This document shows, in pieces, positions 26,369-38,834 of a stretch of 64,000 nt of DNA (position 1 is its first letter; each line of letters begins with the position of its first letter). The stretch spans positions 68,016,001 through 68,080,000 of the forward strand of contig NC_058368.1 of NCBI RefSeq assembly GCF_018350175.1. The letters run 5' to 3'. This stretch comes from Felis catus (Eukaryota). The notes under the pieces were generated by a model. It searched no databases, was not told the origin of the DNA, and saw only the letters and a list, made by a program, of their open reading frames with translations. Both the position numbers and the translations under genes were made by a program.

Positions 26369-27715
26369 ACTAACGTGTCATTTATAAAGTTAGTCTTATT
26401 CATGTTATTTTATAGTACTAGGGAAGGTGAAAACAAGAACAGAGAATCCCAAATCGTGTTTCCACAAATGAAGTGGAAGAGTATTACTGAAGACTGGACT
26501 TCAGTCATTGTACCAGTGTGCTGGGTGCTGTCCATGGTTCTGGGCATAGGAGTCATGAATGAAACCATCCCTGCCCTCTTCCATCTTGCACTCTAGTGAG
26601 AGTTACCCCTGGCTGTGTTACTCTGAATCACACAGCAAAGGTCCCTCCCCTAAATGGACCCTCACTTTAGTAATATCTGCTGTCATATCAGGCAGGGTGA
26701 TAAGGGCTTCTGTGAGGTTTTTATGGAGCCTTTTAGGAAAGCAACCCTAGAAGAATTCATTATGCATGTAGGTAACCCATTCATCAATTTACCTCACCAT
26801 TCCTGAGAATTGTTCCATTTAGTGACTTTTCCTCCCTTCTTTTCTAACCATCAATTCCCAAGGCCGTTCACCATACCCTGAATCTTGTTAGTGTCTCTCT
26901 GGGCCAACTGCACATCATGCTTTTCATGAGGACCCTTTTTTAAGGGGAAGTGGGGGCTTAAATCCAGCCATTGTTACGTTACACCAAATGTGACTGGCAC
27001 AGGGCTGTTTGTTCACAGACTGGAGCACCTTCTAATTTGCCCGAAGGAGTTTTCCACTCACCAAGCTTTGCCTCGAGATGTGCTTCTACATAAAATATGG
27101 CTACTTTTCCAAATTTTCACAGAGACCGCTATGAACTGGTAGTATTCCTGCTGGTTTGTGCAGGTTACAGACTTGGCTAATAACCACCTCACTTAACAGC
27201 ATCTCCAGCTAGTCCGTCTCCAGGGCTTGAGTTATGGAAGTGAACTTGTCTTTCAGTATTCCTGATTTCACCCCAACTCTCTTCCCCCCACTTTGCCTAA
27301 CTATTGAATCACCAACTCTTAATGATTTAGTTTGTCAATATTGAGCCTCTGCAATATTTTTCTTGCCATCCTTCTTCCATCCTACACTCTTCTTCAATCC
27401 TACGTAAATTTCTCTCTGGATTATGCTAACAGATTTTCTTGACTAAAACCTCTTTGTCCTGAAATCATTCTCCACATCGTTGCAAACAGCCTTGCAAAAA
27501 TCTTAAATTTAAGTTTGCTGTTCAAACTGACTTCATATTTTCTGAATAGCAATATTCTGAAAGCAATATTTTTCCAAGTATAGTTGATACAACCCCAACT
27601 TAGACAGGACCTGAGAAAAATGTAGATCCCTTAGCTACATTCCAGATCTGCTGGATTGCAATCTCTGGTGTGAGGTATGTGGGAAGTTTATTGGGACCTA
27701 GAATCTGAATTTCTT

Positions 27716-27853
27716 TCCTTTTTAAAGTAGGCTCCATGCCTAACATGGAGCCCAATGCAGGGCTTGAACTCATAGACCACAAGATCAAGACCTGAGCTGA
27801 GATTAAGAGTCAGATGCTTAACCACTTAGCTGACTCAGCCACCCATGGGCCCC
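27716..27853 (-). mobile_element. Short CAN-SINE lacking the CT tract, inside a MER5-like relic
   Basis: tttttaaagtaggctcc...gggcttgaactc...cagccacccatgggcccc. Confidence 0.85.
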
Positions 27854-29149
27854 TGGGACCTGCATTTCAGTAACCTTTCTCGAGGATTATTATAAATTTA
27901 AGTTTGAGCAATAGGTTAAATATTGCCTAGAATGAGACTGTGCTTTATCAAAAAGTTTCTTACAAGGAAACTTTCTAGAGTTTTGGACACAGCCTAGTAC
28001 ATAAAAGAACATTTTTTTTTGAGCAGAGAATCAGAGAAAAGAAAAAATATTGTAAAACCAGTTTATATTAGAATAATAAGATGCTTGTGTTTTCTGTAAA
28101 ACCATGTATTATAGTTAAAAATGCTCTGAGAAAGAGAGTTGATTCAACTTTTACAAAGGCAAAAATGTTTGATGATTGGCCACTGAACACTCTACTTTCT
28201 GTGAGGAGCTCACTGCTTCATAGAAGGTCTGTTTCAATGTTGCTCATCAATAGTGTCCTTTGGTTGAATTTGTATGTGTGTATGTATATGGTTTGTATTC
28301 CTAAATGACATATGACTGTATAACAGATATTAGTTCCAAATTACTATACTTTTTTAAAAAAGATGACAAGTTAAAAAAATTATTTTTAGGGAAGTACTTT
28401 ATCACTTTGTATGAAAATTGTAAATTCTGTTCCAAACATTGTCAAAATGTTCAGAAAAAAAATGTAGCCTCTAAATGAAGGACTAGTTTTGGATAAAAAT
28501 AAAGTAGCTTCTAACCCCTCGACATTAAAAAAAAATTGTTCCTTGCTTGACTTTATTTACTTTTATTTTCATTTATTGGCTCATTTTCAAAAACCATTCA
28601 GGGACTGAGTGAGATTTTGGTGATAGAAAAAAGAAATGAGTAAAACCTGGTCACTGCTCACAAGCAGATCATAGTCTAGGTGAGGGAGAAAGATATGGAC
28701 ATGATGAAGTAGAATGAGATGTTCAGCAGGGCAGTTGGAAGCATAGAAGCTGGATTCAAGAAATCTGAAGAGACGTAGCTCGAGCTAGACATGTCACTGT
28801 GTGTAATTATATCTGGATTTGAAAATGACTATAGAAAAAAGAGAGGACCTAAAATATACTAAGCTATTTTAAAATGTTTAATAAAAATTATGACTTTGGA
28901 GGATAAGAATATCAGGATTGTGTGCTGCTTTTCGTTAACCATGCTTGAGGCAAGTCTTGCCTTCAGTTTGTACTCTCAGTAGAAACCACTATTTGCTTAG
29001 GCGTGGTTGCAAATCAGAGTGACCTTTGTACACCCAATTTATACTCATAATCTTATATTTTTAAGCTCTTTTTGTCTGGTGGCTGAGTGTTTCTGTAAAA
29101 TCCATTTAGCAGAGGACTCTTCGATTGGGAAGGCCGTAGTTCTTTTGGG

Positions 29150-29330
29150 AGTGGGGTTTGACAGTGGCAGGCTATGAGATCCCAGCTCCATCAGTCTCTA
29201 GCTGGTTACTCAACTTCTTTGTGCATCAGATGCATCATCTGTAAAATGGTAAGAATCATGGTCCCTATCTTACAGGATAGTTGTGTGGCTTAGATGAGAT
29301 AATCCTCATAAATAACTCACACAGAAATTA
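29150..29330 (+). mobile_element. MIR SINE
   Basis: atcccagctcc...catctgtaaaatgg...gttgtgtggcttagatgagataat. Confidence 0.7.
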
Positions 29331-29447
29331 CCCCCTGAGTGCTGTCATCATGTGGTGGGTGTAGCTCTGGGGACTGGAATAGCAGTGGCTGTGGAGTCAG
29401 TCAGAAAGCTTGGCTTGGAACATCCTCTCTGCCATGTGCCTGCTCTG

Positions 29448-29986
29448 TGTTTTGATTGCTTCCTCTTCATCCTGTTGGTGAGTGAGGGGTTCTTTGCCTA
29501 GGGTTTTTGGGATGGCTGAACACAGGACATCCACTACTAGATACATGAGATGGAGACCAATTTTTTAGTCACATATGCACACAGCCAAGAGGAGGACAGT
29601 GTATCATGCAGGGTCACACAGGGTTGCACTCCAGAACAGAATGAACAACCAGGAGCTGTGGGAGGCAGACTTTGTAGTATCAAGAGGGTGGAATGTTTCC
29701 TTGCTCCTGTGGGAGGATGTGATTGGCTTGTTTGAATAATTTTGTGGGCTGGCAGGGAACTAAAATCTGCTACTCAGGGAGAAGCAAAAACTGTTGCTTG
29801 GTTTCTTTAATGAGGAGGGCTATCTGGGGATGCCTAGATGGCTTAGTCAGTTACACATCCCTCTCTTGATTTCAGCTCAGGTCATCATCTCACGGTTTGT
29901 GAGACCAGGCCCTGCATCAGGCTCTGTGCTGACAGCAAGGAGCTTGCTTGGGATTCTCTTTCCCTCTCTCTGCCCCTATCCTGCTT

Positions 29987-30030
<44 letters not shown>

Positions 30031-30211
30031 CCTCTCTCAAAAAGTAAATAAACATTAAAAAACAACAACAAGGAGGGCTATTTGGCTAAAGCACTTTTTT
30101 ATGGATGCAGTGTGGGAAGCCTCACTTATAGTGAGGCTGTTCTACACCTGATTTTACCAGATGTCAAGGCAGCACAAAATATTGAACCTTAATTATAGGT
30201 CATACATCACA
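29448..30211 (-). mobile_element. ERVL solo LTR (MER74-like), complete
   Basis: TG...CA ends with perfect 5-bp TSD CTCTG (29443-29447 / 30212-30216); the minus-strand start aattaaggttcaatattttgtgctgccttgacatctggtaaaatcagg resembles MER74. Confidence 0.8.
29826..30070 (+). mobile_element. CAN-SINE nested in the LTR
   Basis: TSD aggagggctat on both sides. Confidence 0.93.
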
Positions 30212-32962
30212 CTCTGATGCTGAAAAGTTCACTTTCATCCCATTGCAACTCTTCTTCTTCCTTTGTAAAAAAGTATGACTTAAAATGAATGTGTCTTACA
30301 AACTGCATAGTCCACAAAGGTGTGGTATTATTAAATAAGCTATGACTGAATATGATTGCCTGTAACTTGACTGTAATGTCCTGAAAACAATATCTTGGCA
30401 AACTCTTGCACAAGTCAAGATCTTTCTTCCATCCTTACTGAAACTTCCTTTCTTTTAGAGTCAAGGACTGTGTTTCCATATAGAAAATTAATGAGTTTTA
30501 GTAAGACTTGTGATAATATAACTAACATAGCTGTCAAACTTAGTCCTATTACTTTAGTAATTGAAGCCCAGGAGCCATGCACTTCTAGTAAAGGGTGAAT
30601 ATGATAAAATTTACCTTGTAGATAGCAGACATCAGTTAATGTTTCTGGCTCATCATGCTATTTTACTTCTCAGATCAATATTTCCATCTGACAAATAATG
30701 TCAAAGTTACGAAGAACTATATAATTAAGGACATTCTTCTCTTTCCTTATTTATTTCCCTTAATCTACGATTAATCTATAATATTTTTCAGTATATTCCA
30801 TTCATGGGAATGAATAGTCAGATGAAAATGAAAGAATGTGTACATATATTTAAAATTCTTTTGCTGTGTGTTTATGTGTATGAATGTGTATAAAGTATAT
30901 CCTTGCTGAATCTAAAGCATGTCCTTGCCTAGGTGTGAAAAGCCAACAATCCACCTCCATACTGTGATGTATATTTGTATCAACTGATTTATATGGGACT
31001 AAGGGGCCTAATGTAGAAAAAAAGTATTAGTGATTGAGATTCAGTCTTAGAGATTGAGGTTCAGCCATATAGAAGCAAGGCTGAGAGGCAGTGAATGCAG
31101 TGAGCATGGGAGAGAGGGACTCAAGAGAATCCAACTACAAAAGAGATTACAAATATTCCTCCTTGGAGAAATTGTTTCTGGAACAACAAGGCACACTTGG
31201 CAGCGGAGTCTGAAGCTCAGAAGGAAGCTGTGTTTTTGGGTCAGCTGTGAGGTTGTTGATTGATCCTGCTGTTTGCCAGGTCCTTGATAGTTTGTGTGCA
31301 AACCAAGAGATGAACACTGTTTGTGTCAAACCTAAAAGGGTGAATTCCTGGGGGCCAAACATGTCAAGGAGAGGAGAACACAAAGGAAGGGGAGCAGATC
31401 CCAGTTGGCCAAGAGGTGAACACAAAGTGGTTGAGAGCAGTGAGTTGGCCTCAAGGTGAATGTTAGTGGATAGATAGTGTCTGAGGGAGATCAGGGTTCA
31501 GGATGAAGCCGCAGCCTGAGGGAGTTCTGGGCCTCATAAGGCAGGTCAGTGCACCCTGAGAGGGCATCAGCAATCTGAGGCAGTTTCCATGCCCTGGAGT
31601 GTCCTGAGAAGAAATACTGAAGAAAAGAAGGGTCCAGAGCAGAGGTGGCTCACAGCAGGGCAGAGGGGCACTGAGACAGCTCCAGGAGGGGAGCCCTGAT
31701 CCCATGGGAGACACTTCTGGAGAACTCTGTAAGCTATCAGAGGCAAAAGTGATCCATGAAAGGTAGAGACTATTTGAGACCCTGAAGTTATATTTGTGGA
31801 AAGAGCCCTCTGCCTGAGCCATAGTTGAGTCTATTAACATAATGTCATATGATGTTGTAATGAGGCATCCTTAGTCTTTCAGCCTGTGACTACAAATAAG
31901 ATAGTTATTTTAATATTCAAATGAGAACTCTGAGCTCCTACCTTAACTTCTTCTAATTTTTCTTCTCCTTAGGAACTCCTCCTATCTTATGTCTAAGGCT
32001 GTCAAAGGTGGCTGCTGAAAACCAAAGGCCAGCCTTCCTTGGTCTTGTCTTCTCTTAAGTGCAAAAAGTTGAGAGTATTGCTTCCTTTGAAGCAATGAGA
32101 GTTTTTGCTGTTGCTGACTAGCCCTGTTGGCTGCTGTGGTTGTGGCAGTGGGTGGGAATGTTTCTTTCTTATGCTGGCATTAGGCTTAGCTGGAGATGTT
32201 CCTCTTTCTTATGGTGAATTTGACCAGGGGCTTTTCCAACTTGGCCCTAGTCAGGGCTAACTCAATGGAGTTCAGTACCACTGAGTGTCAGAGAGAAGCT
32301 TTTGAGTTCTCAATGCCTTCCATCTCAGAACACCCCTAAGTTGCAAATGTGTTCAACCCGTTTTTAACAGCTTCTAACTCTATACCAGTGACTGTGGTTA
32401 AGGGACAAAGTGATTCCTTCCACTTACTGGCCCACGCTCAGATTCTAGTTAAGCTTGCCATGTTGTATATCCCAAAGATAAAGCACTGGAACCTTGCTTT
32501 GCATTTATATAATTAAAAAGAGCTCTTAAAGTGGTTCTTTTGAGATTAAAAGAAGTTTTCCTTAAGGATAATTTCTAGCTTTGTAATAGAATATGTGTCA
32601 ATATTTGTCAAAAGACATTTTGCTGCCCTTGAAAAAATAATATTTCCCCTGCCCAGGCAACTCTTTCATGTACATAAGACCTCAGTGAACTTTCCTCTTT
32701 GCTAACTTGTTCACACTGCAGCATAGCATTGGTTTTAGGAATGTGTTAAAATTACAGTGCACATTGGTAGTAATTCCAGCTCTTTCCCAGTCGGATGCCA
32801 CTGTGATAAACTGGATAAAACACTCCCTGGCTTGGAAGACAGAAGACCCTGGATGAACTGGATTTCTACCATTATAAACTGTGTGACCATAGAGAAGTTA
32901 CTTAATCTCTTTGGATATTTATGAAATTAGAGGGACTTGGGAAGTGGTCCTCAAATTTATTC

Positions 32963-33108
32963 TTTTCTTTTTTAATGTTTACTTTTGAGAGAGAGAGAGA
33001 GACAGAGAGAGAGAGGAGGGCAGAGAATCGAAAGCAGCTCCATGCTGACAGCAGAGAGCCTGATGGAGGGATTGAACTCACTTACTATGCGATCATGTAC
33101 TGAGCCAA
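32963..33108 (-). mobile_element. 5'-truncated CAN-SINE next to a MIR relic (about 32820-32955)
   Basis: ttttaatgtttac...(GA)n...gctgacagcagagagcctgatg...tgagccaa. Confidence 0.8.
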
Positions 33109-34038
33109 AGTTAATTGGTAGCAGATCTGAGATTAAAACCCAGGTCCATATGGCTCTTATTATGTACATAGAGTGCATGCAGAAAAATACTCAAATCAAT
33201 GTATGATTGGTCTGTAAGGAAACTAAAATCTACACCAAAATGAACTAGGCAATAAAAAAAAAGAGAGACTAGGAATAAATTGTGTAGAAAAGAAAAAAAA
33301 AAAGATTTGTAGGAGAAAATGCCCTGGAAAGTTTCTTTATAGTGAGACAAATTGACCAAATACTTTCAGGGAAAAAAGCAACAAGATTGATTTGTGTGAA
33401 TAAATATTGATTTGACAGGAAATTAGACAAACTAATTATGTGAGTAAGAATATCTACCGTATTTTAAACAAATCAGGTCCAAAAACAATTTGGGAAGAAT
33501 ACTGTTGCTATAGACAGTTTCTGAAATAAATTCTCCATCCCACTAACATACTATCATCTCTGAAATAGCATAGAGAATGACACCTTCACCCTAAGTAAGC
33601 TCTCTTTCTAGATGTCTCCACTTCTCTCAGCCTCCGTGTTAGAAATCTCACAAGCATTTTGACCTCCTCCTTTCCTTTGAACCCTGTGTGTCACTTTCCT
33701 TTTTATTCTTGTGTAGATGCTGGACATTAATGTTGAACCAGATACACACTTGTTTCCTGGAGCTTCATGTTTATTGAGGGTTACTTGTGGCTGAGACTTT
33801 CAATCCTGTGAGAACAATCACAGCCAGCGTGGGATCTTGCTGTGGTCAAATTCTAGTGGAATCAGACCATTATTAGGAGGGATGATAATATCTGCCTTGG
33901 GATTTTAGGGGAGGCTGGTGAGAGAAATAATCCTAAGGAATTAATATCTGTGGAAGTAATCCATCGACAATGTATATTTCCTACCGGTTCTATCTTTGTC
34001 TTTTCAATTCCTCTGCTTCTATGAAGCCAACACTTTTC

Positions 34039-34260
34039 TTTTTTTAAATTTTTTTTAACGTTTATTTATTTTTGAGAGAGAGAGAGACAGAGCATGAACG
34101 GGGGGGGGGGCAGAGAGAGAGGGAGACACAGAATCAGAAGCAGGCTTCAGGCTCTGAGCCATCAGCCCAGAGCCCGATGCAGGGCTCGAACTCACGGACC
34201 GCGAGATCGTGACCTCAGCTGAAGTCGGACGCTTAACCGACTGAGCCACCCAGGCGCCCC
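34039..34260 (-). mobile_element. Young CAN-SINE (SINEC_Fc-type)
   Basis: CpGs largely intact; perfect 16-bp TSD gaagccaacacttttc (34023-34038 / 34261-34276). Confidence 0.97.
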
Positions 34261-34669
34261 GAAGCCAACACTTTTCAAATGTCCCTTTGGTTATTACGAG
34301 AGACTGTTCTAATTGGCCTTCAAATCATTCCTTTTCTAGTGCTGTCTGTCAAGGGCTGCCATATTTATTTTCCTGATGGATGAAGTCATTGTTTTACTTT
34401 TAAGTCAAAGACTATTGTGTATCCTGTGTCCCTACTGTTTTTCCAAGTCAAGGCCAAGTTCCTCTTTTGCAATCCAAGGATCTCCATCAGTTGTTCATAC
34501 TTTCCTTATTCACAGATCTTTGCCTCACTTCTTAGTGCCATCCATCCTCTTAATCTAGTCCCATCTGACTCATTATTTCTCTCTCCACCACTATTTATTT
34601 CACTGAAATTCACCAAAGCCACATTTGCTTTATCTCTCTCTTCGTAGGTGTGTATTTATTTATAGATTT

Positions 34670-35120
34670 GTTTTTTTTTCCACTGAACCATTTGAGACTA
34701 AGTTGTAGACATGATACATCACCACTAAATACTTCAGCTGCATGTCTTAAAAATAAGGATGTTCTTCTACACAACCATTATCACATCCAGTAATTCAGCA
34801 ATGATTCAGTAATATTATCTAAAATGCAGTCCATATTCACATTTCTCTGATTTGGGGGGAAGAAGTTCTGTGCAGCTGTTTTTCCTCTCTCCAGAATCTA
34901 GTTAAGGAATTGAATTGCATTAGATTGTTAGGACTCTTTGGTATCCTTTACTCTAGAACACTCCTATATTATGTTTTATCTTTTGTGATAATGGTTTTTT
35001 TTGAAGAGCACACTTGAAGTGTTTTACAGGATGTCCTTCTGTTTGGATTTGTCTGGTGGTTTCCTTATGGTTATGTCCCAGTAAAACAGTTTAGTAAAAA
35101 TCCTACATAAGTGATATTGA
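34670..35120 (-). mobile_element. Ancient L1 3' UTR (L1MC-like) within L2 relics
   Basis: ctgaaccatttgaga...ctaaatacttcag...cagtccatattcacatttc...tttggatttgtctgg. Confidence 0.65.
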
Positions 35121-37198
35121 TTTGCTCCTTTTCTTCTTTCCTTATGTTGCTCTCTTAGCTTGAATGGTCTTTCACTTCCATTTCATTATTGCAAACTCTA
35201 TATTCCCTTCAGTTAAATTCAGAAAACTGTTATGTGATCCTTGCACTGTGCCAGGCAATCTGGACACATGAAAGAATGAGAAGAGTCTCCCTTCAGGGTA
35301 GCCCTTTGATCCACGTCCTCCAAGAAATCTTCTCTGGTTAACCCTGCTTAACAGTGATCTTGTCTTTCCTGAATTTCTATAGCACTATAGTCTACAAACT
35401 GTAAGCTTACTTTGATTAATAATATTTGGCCTTATAAGATGTCATAATTTTGCAATGTGTGTGAATGTATTGGATAAGTCTTGTTCAATATATCTGTTAA
35501 GTTCCCGTAAGGCTGATATATGTCTTTTTTTTCTTTTTTGTTACAGAACTCAGCACTATGTTAGACCAAAGACAAGTGCTTAAGAAACATTTCTGAGTTG
35601 ATTCTGTTTTTGTAGAATGCCTTTTTTATTTTGAAGTCTTTTGCTTCTTTTTCAAATGAAGGTAATTCTTGGTAGTCTTCTGCATTGAAGAGAACCTGCA
35701 GCATAGATAATATCTTAATATATAGCTTTGGGATGCATTATATGATTTTTGAAACAATCATCCTTTTATATCATCTTGTTATGTTTGTCTAAGACCATGA
35801 TCACTTTGGGTTCCTTGAGTATAAACTTGAACGCCGTGGAAAGATAACCAGGAGTGTGTTGAGTGATTCAGACGTTTAAATTAACCATGGATGATCTTCA
35901 AAACAAATAATCCACACCTGAAAAAACTAATCATTTAAATCCTTTGTCTACATATAAGATTAGATGGTTGAACTATTATGCTATTCTGTACAGGAATCAT
36001 TCTTCTCATGGAGCTGTTCATCATCCATCTGTGCATGTTGGTTAAAATATTTTCTTTTGGAAATCAAAAAGGTGGCTTAGAAAGCAGAGAATTATAATAC
36101 AGCCAAAATCCATGTTGAACATAATCCATTGGGGAAGCTGGTATTTTATAAAGGGTGCTTAAATTTTGCATTATACTTTATTATTCTCTATTAGGAGAAA
36201 AACACGTTTACAGCCATGGGCCAACTGGATTACTCCAGTTACCCCCAAATCCCAAATATTGCCTGCCCCATGCAGAATCAATCAGTCTCTAAAAGTAAAG
36301 GTTTCATGTGTTGCTGTTTGTTTGCCTGCTTGTTTATTCATTCATTTATTTATTTTGGATCCATCAATGCACAGAGGTTTTGCATGATGTTCTCAATAGG
36401 GAGTTGCATAAAGCCTGTCTTTTCTCCCATTTTGTGCATTAGGAGCCATTTGCAGGTAACTGTGCCAGGTCATTTGATTGCTGGCCATCTGGTGTAGCCA
36501 TGGCCTCTGAGTCTTAGAGCCATGGAGCCCCCAGCAGTGGATTTATCGCCCATTCTATTATAGAGCAATCATTTGGCCAACTTTGATGGCTTTTAAGCTG
36601 TCAAGTACCCTCTGGTCTGCCTTGACTGCCATAAACTCATATGTGGTTTGTTTGCTGGAAAATGAACCTCAAGGTATTTAATCATACACTTTTGGTCACA
36701 TCCAAGTTAGTATGTGTTATATTTGCCTTTATGGAGCTTAATCACAGAGCAAGTATGGAAGAATTCTATATGGATATCCAGAATGAATCAAAATAGCCAT
36801 GTTGATTTATTTAAGTAATAAGTTGGACATGATTTTAAGAGCAGTGAGTCCATGGATTCTAATTAGAAAAGTTTAATATTCACAAGGATGGGGTGATACG
36901 GTTTCTGAAGGATTGCCATCACATTTACGCCTAAGAAATATAGTCTTCATGAATATGCTAAGGCAATATTAATTTACTAAATGAGATGGCAGTTATAAGG
37001 AATCATTAACTAAAATGATTTCAAAGGCTTCTGGAAACAAAGCAGGTCATGTAGACGAACCTTCAAATTTCAATGGCCCCTAGGTTTAGAGTTCATGAAA
37101 ATGTGATCATACCTAAAACCTGATAATAGTAAAAGAAAAATGTCACTCATCCTATACTTTTTGAAAGTTTCTGAAGCTTCTTACCGTTGGCTACATCC

Positions 37199-37585
37199 CC
37201 TGCCCCCTTCCCCCCACCAAGTTTTATTGAGATGTAATTGGCATACATCACTGTATGAATTTCAGGTGTATGGCATAAAGATTTGACCTACATACATTGT
37301 GAAGTGATTACCACAATAAGTTTACTTAACATTCATCATCTCATAAAGATATAATAAAATAAATGGAAAAAAAGAAAAAAATGTTCTTTTCCTTATAATG
37401 AGAACTTTTAGGATTTATTTTGTTAACTTTCCTGTATTTCACAGAGCAGTGGTAACTATAGTCACTATGTTGTGTGTTCCATCCCTAGTACTTATTTATC
37501 TTATAACTGGAAGTTTGTGCCTTTTAACCACCTTCCTCCAATCCTCCCTCCACCCCTGGTAACCACAGTCTGATTCTCTTTTTGT
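37199..37585 (-). mobile_element. L1 3' end (L1MA9-like)
   Basis: ttttattgagatgtaattggcatac...cttataactggaagtttgtgcc; TSD ttggctacatcc (37187-37198 / 37588-37599). Confidence 0.85.
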
Positions 37586-37737
37586 CATTGGCTACATCCT
37601 TAACCTAACAGATGGGGAAGCTTTTGTGGAAATCCTATTGGTTTGTTAAATATTCAATAAACTTATAAGTTAGAAATAAATGTGTATACCATATTGATAT
37701 AAATGATTGTTAATTATTTTAAAAACCTGTCCCACTA

Positions 37738-37768
<31 letters not shown>

Positions 37769-37981
37769 ATGATTTTTCTTACCTGTATGAAATACATTGA
37801 TATGCAGGCCTAGCATTAAAAAAAGAATTGAGACATTTATCTGTAAGGTGATGAGTGCATTTTGGTCCTCTAAACTCACCTTTTCTCCACAAAAAGGACT
37901 ATCTATGAGAATATGAATATATAGTATTTAAGCTTTTAATTAGCATAATGGATGAAAGACTATAAGAAATGGATGGATTCA

Positions 37982-38146
37982 GGGGCACCTAGGTGGCTCA
38001 GTCAGTTAAGCATATGACTTCGGCTCAAGCCATGTTCTCACAGTTTGTGGGATTGAGCCCTACATTGGGCTCTGTGCTGACAGTTAGAGCCTGGAGCCTA
38101 CTTCAGATTCTGTGTCTCCTTCTCTCTCTGTCCCTTCCCCATTCAT

Positions 38147-38199
<53 letters not shown>

Positions 38200-38230
38200 A
38201 ATAAATAAACATTTTAAAAAGTTAAAAAAA
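37982..38230 (+). mobile_element. CAN-SINE
   Basis: 17-bp TSD aagaaatggatggattc. Confidence 0.96.
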
Positions 38231-38616
38231 AAGAAATGGATGGATTCTTATAAACCATCTAGCTGAAATCTTTATTTTATAGATGAGAAGATTCAGGACC
38301 AGATAGCTGAATGGGACCCAAGATGTTAACAGTGACAGGGTCAAGGTTTGCGCTCTGCTTCTCTGTCTCTTTGGCTGTTATTCTTTTCACATTCCAGGAG
38401 AAAACAGAACGTTTAAAATAACTTAATGCTAACTGAGGACTGGCTCAGCAAGGAGGAACTTGGCTTGAAATTTCTTGCTTTCTACCCTTTTTTGTAGTGT
38501 CAGTGACAGTATCTCTTCAGTGCTGCAATAAGTTATTTTTCTTTGCCATTTTAATTTCGGTTAAATGTAAGAATGTCTTCAGTATGCAAACTAAGCCTTT
38601 TTATTTAAAATTATCT

Positions 38617-38834
38617 GGGGGAGCCTGGGTGGCTCAGTCGATTAAGTGTTCGACTCTTGGTTTCGGCTCAGGTCGCATCCCATAGGTTTGTGAGTTAGAG
38701 CCCCACATTGGGCTCCATGCTGACTGACAGTGTGGAGCTTGCTTGAGATTCTCTCTCTCCCTCTCTCCGCCCCTCCCCACTCACTCTCTCTGTATCTCTC
38801 TCAAAAATAAATAAATACATTTAAAAATTTTTAA
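38617..38834 (+). mobile_element. CAN-SINE
   Basis: TSD aaaattatctg. Confidence 0.95.

Noticed and set aside
31973..32060. Strong + strand acceptor at 31972
   Set aside because: All frames close quickly and no clear donor follows.
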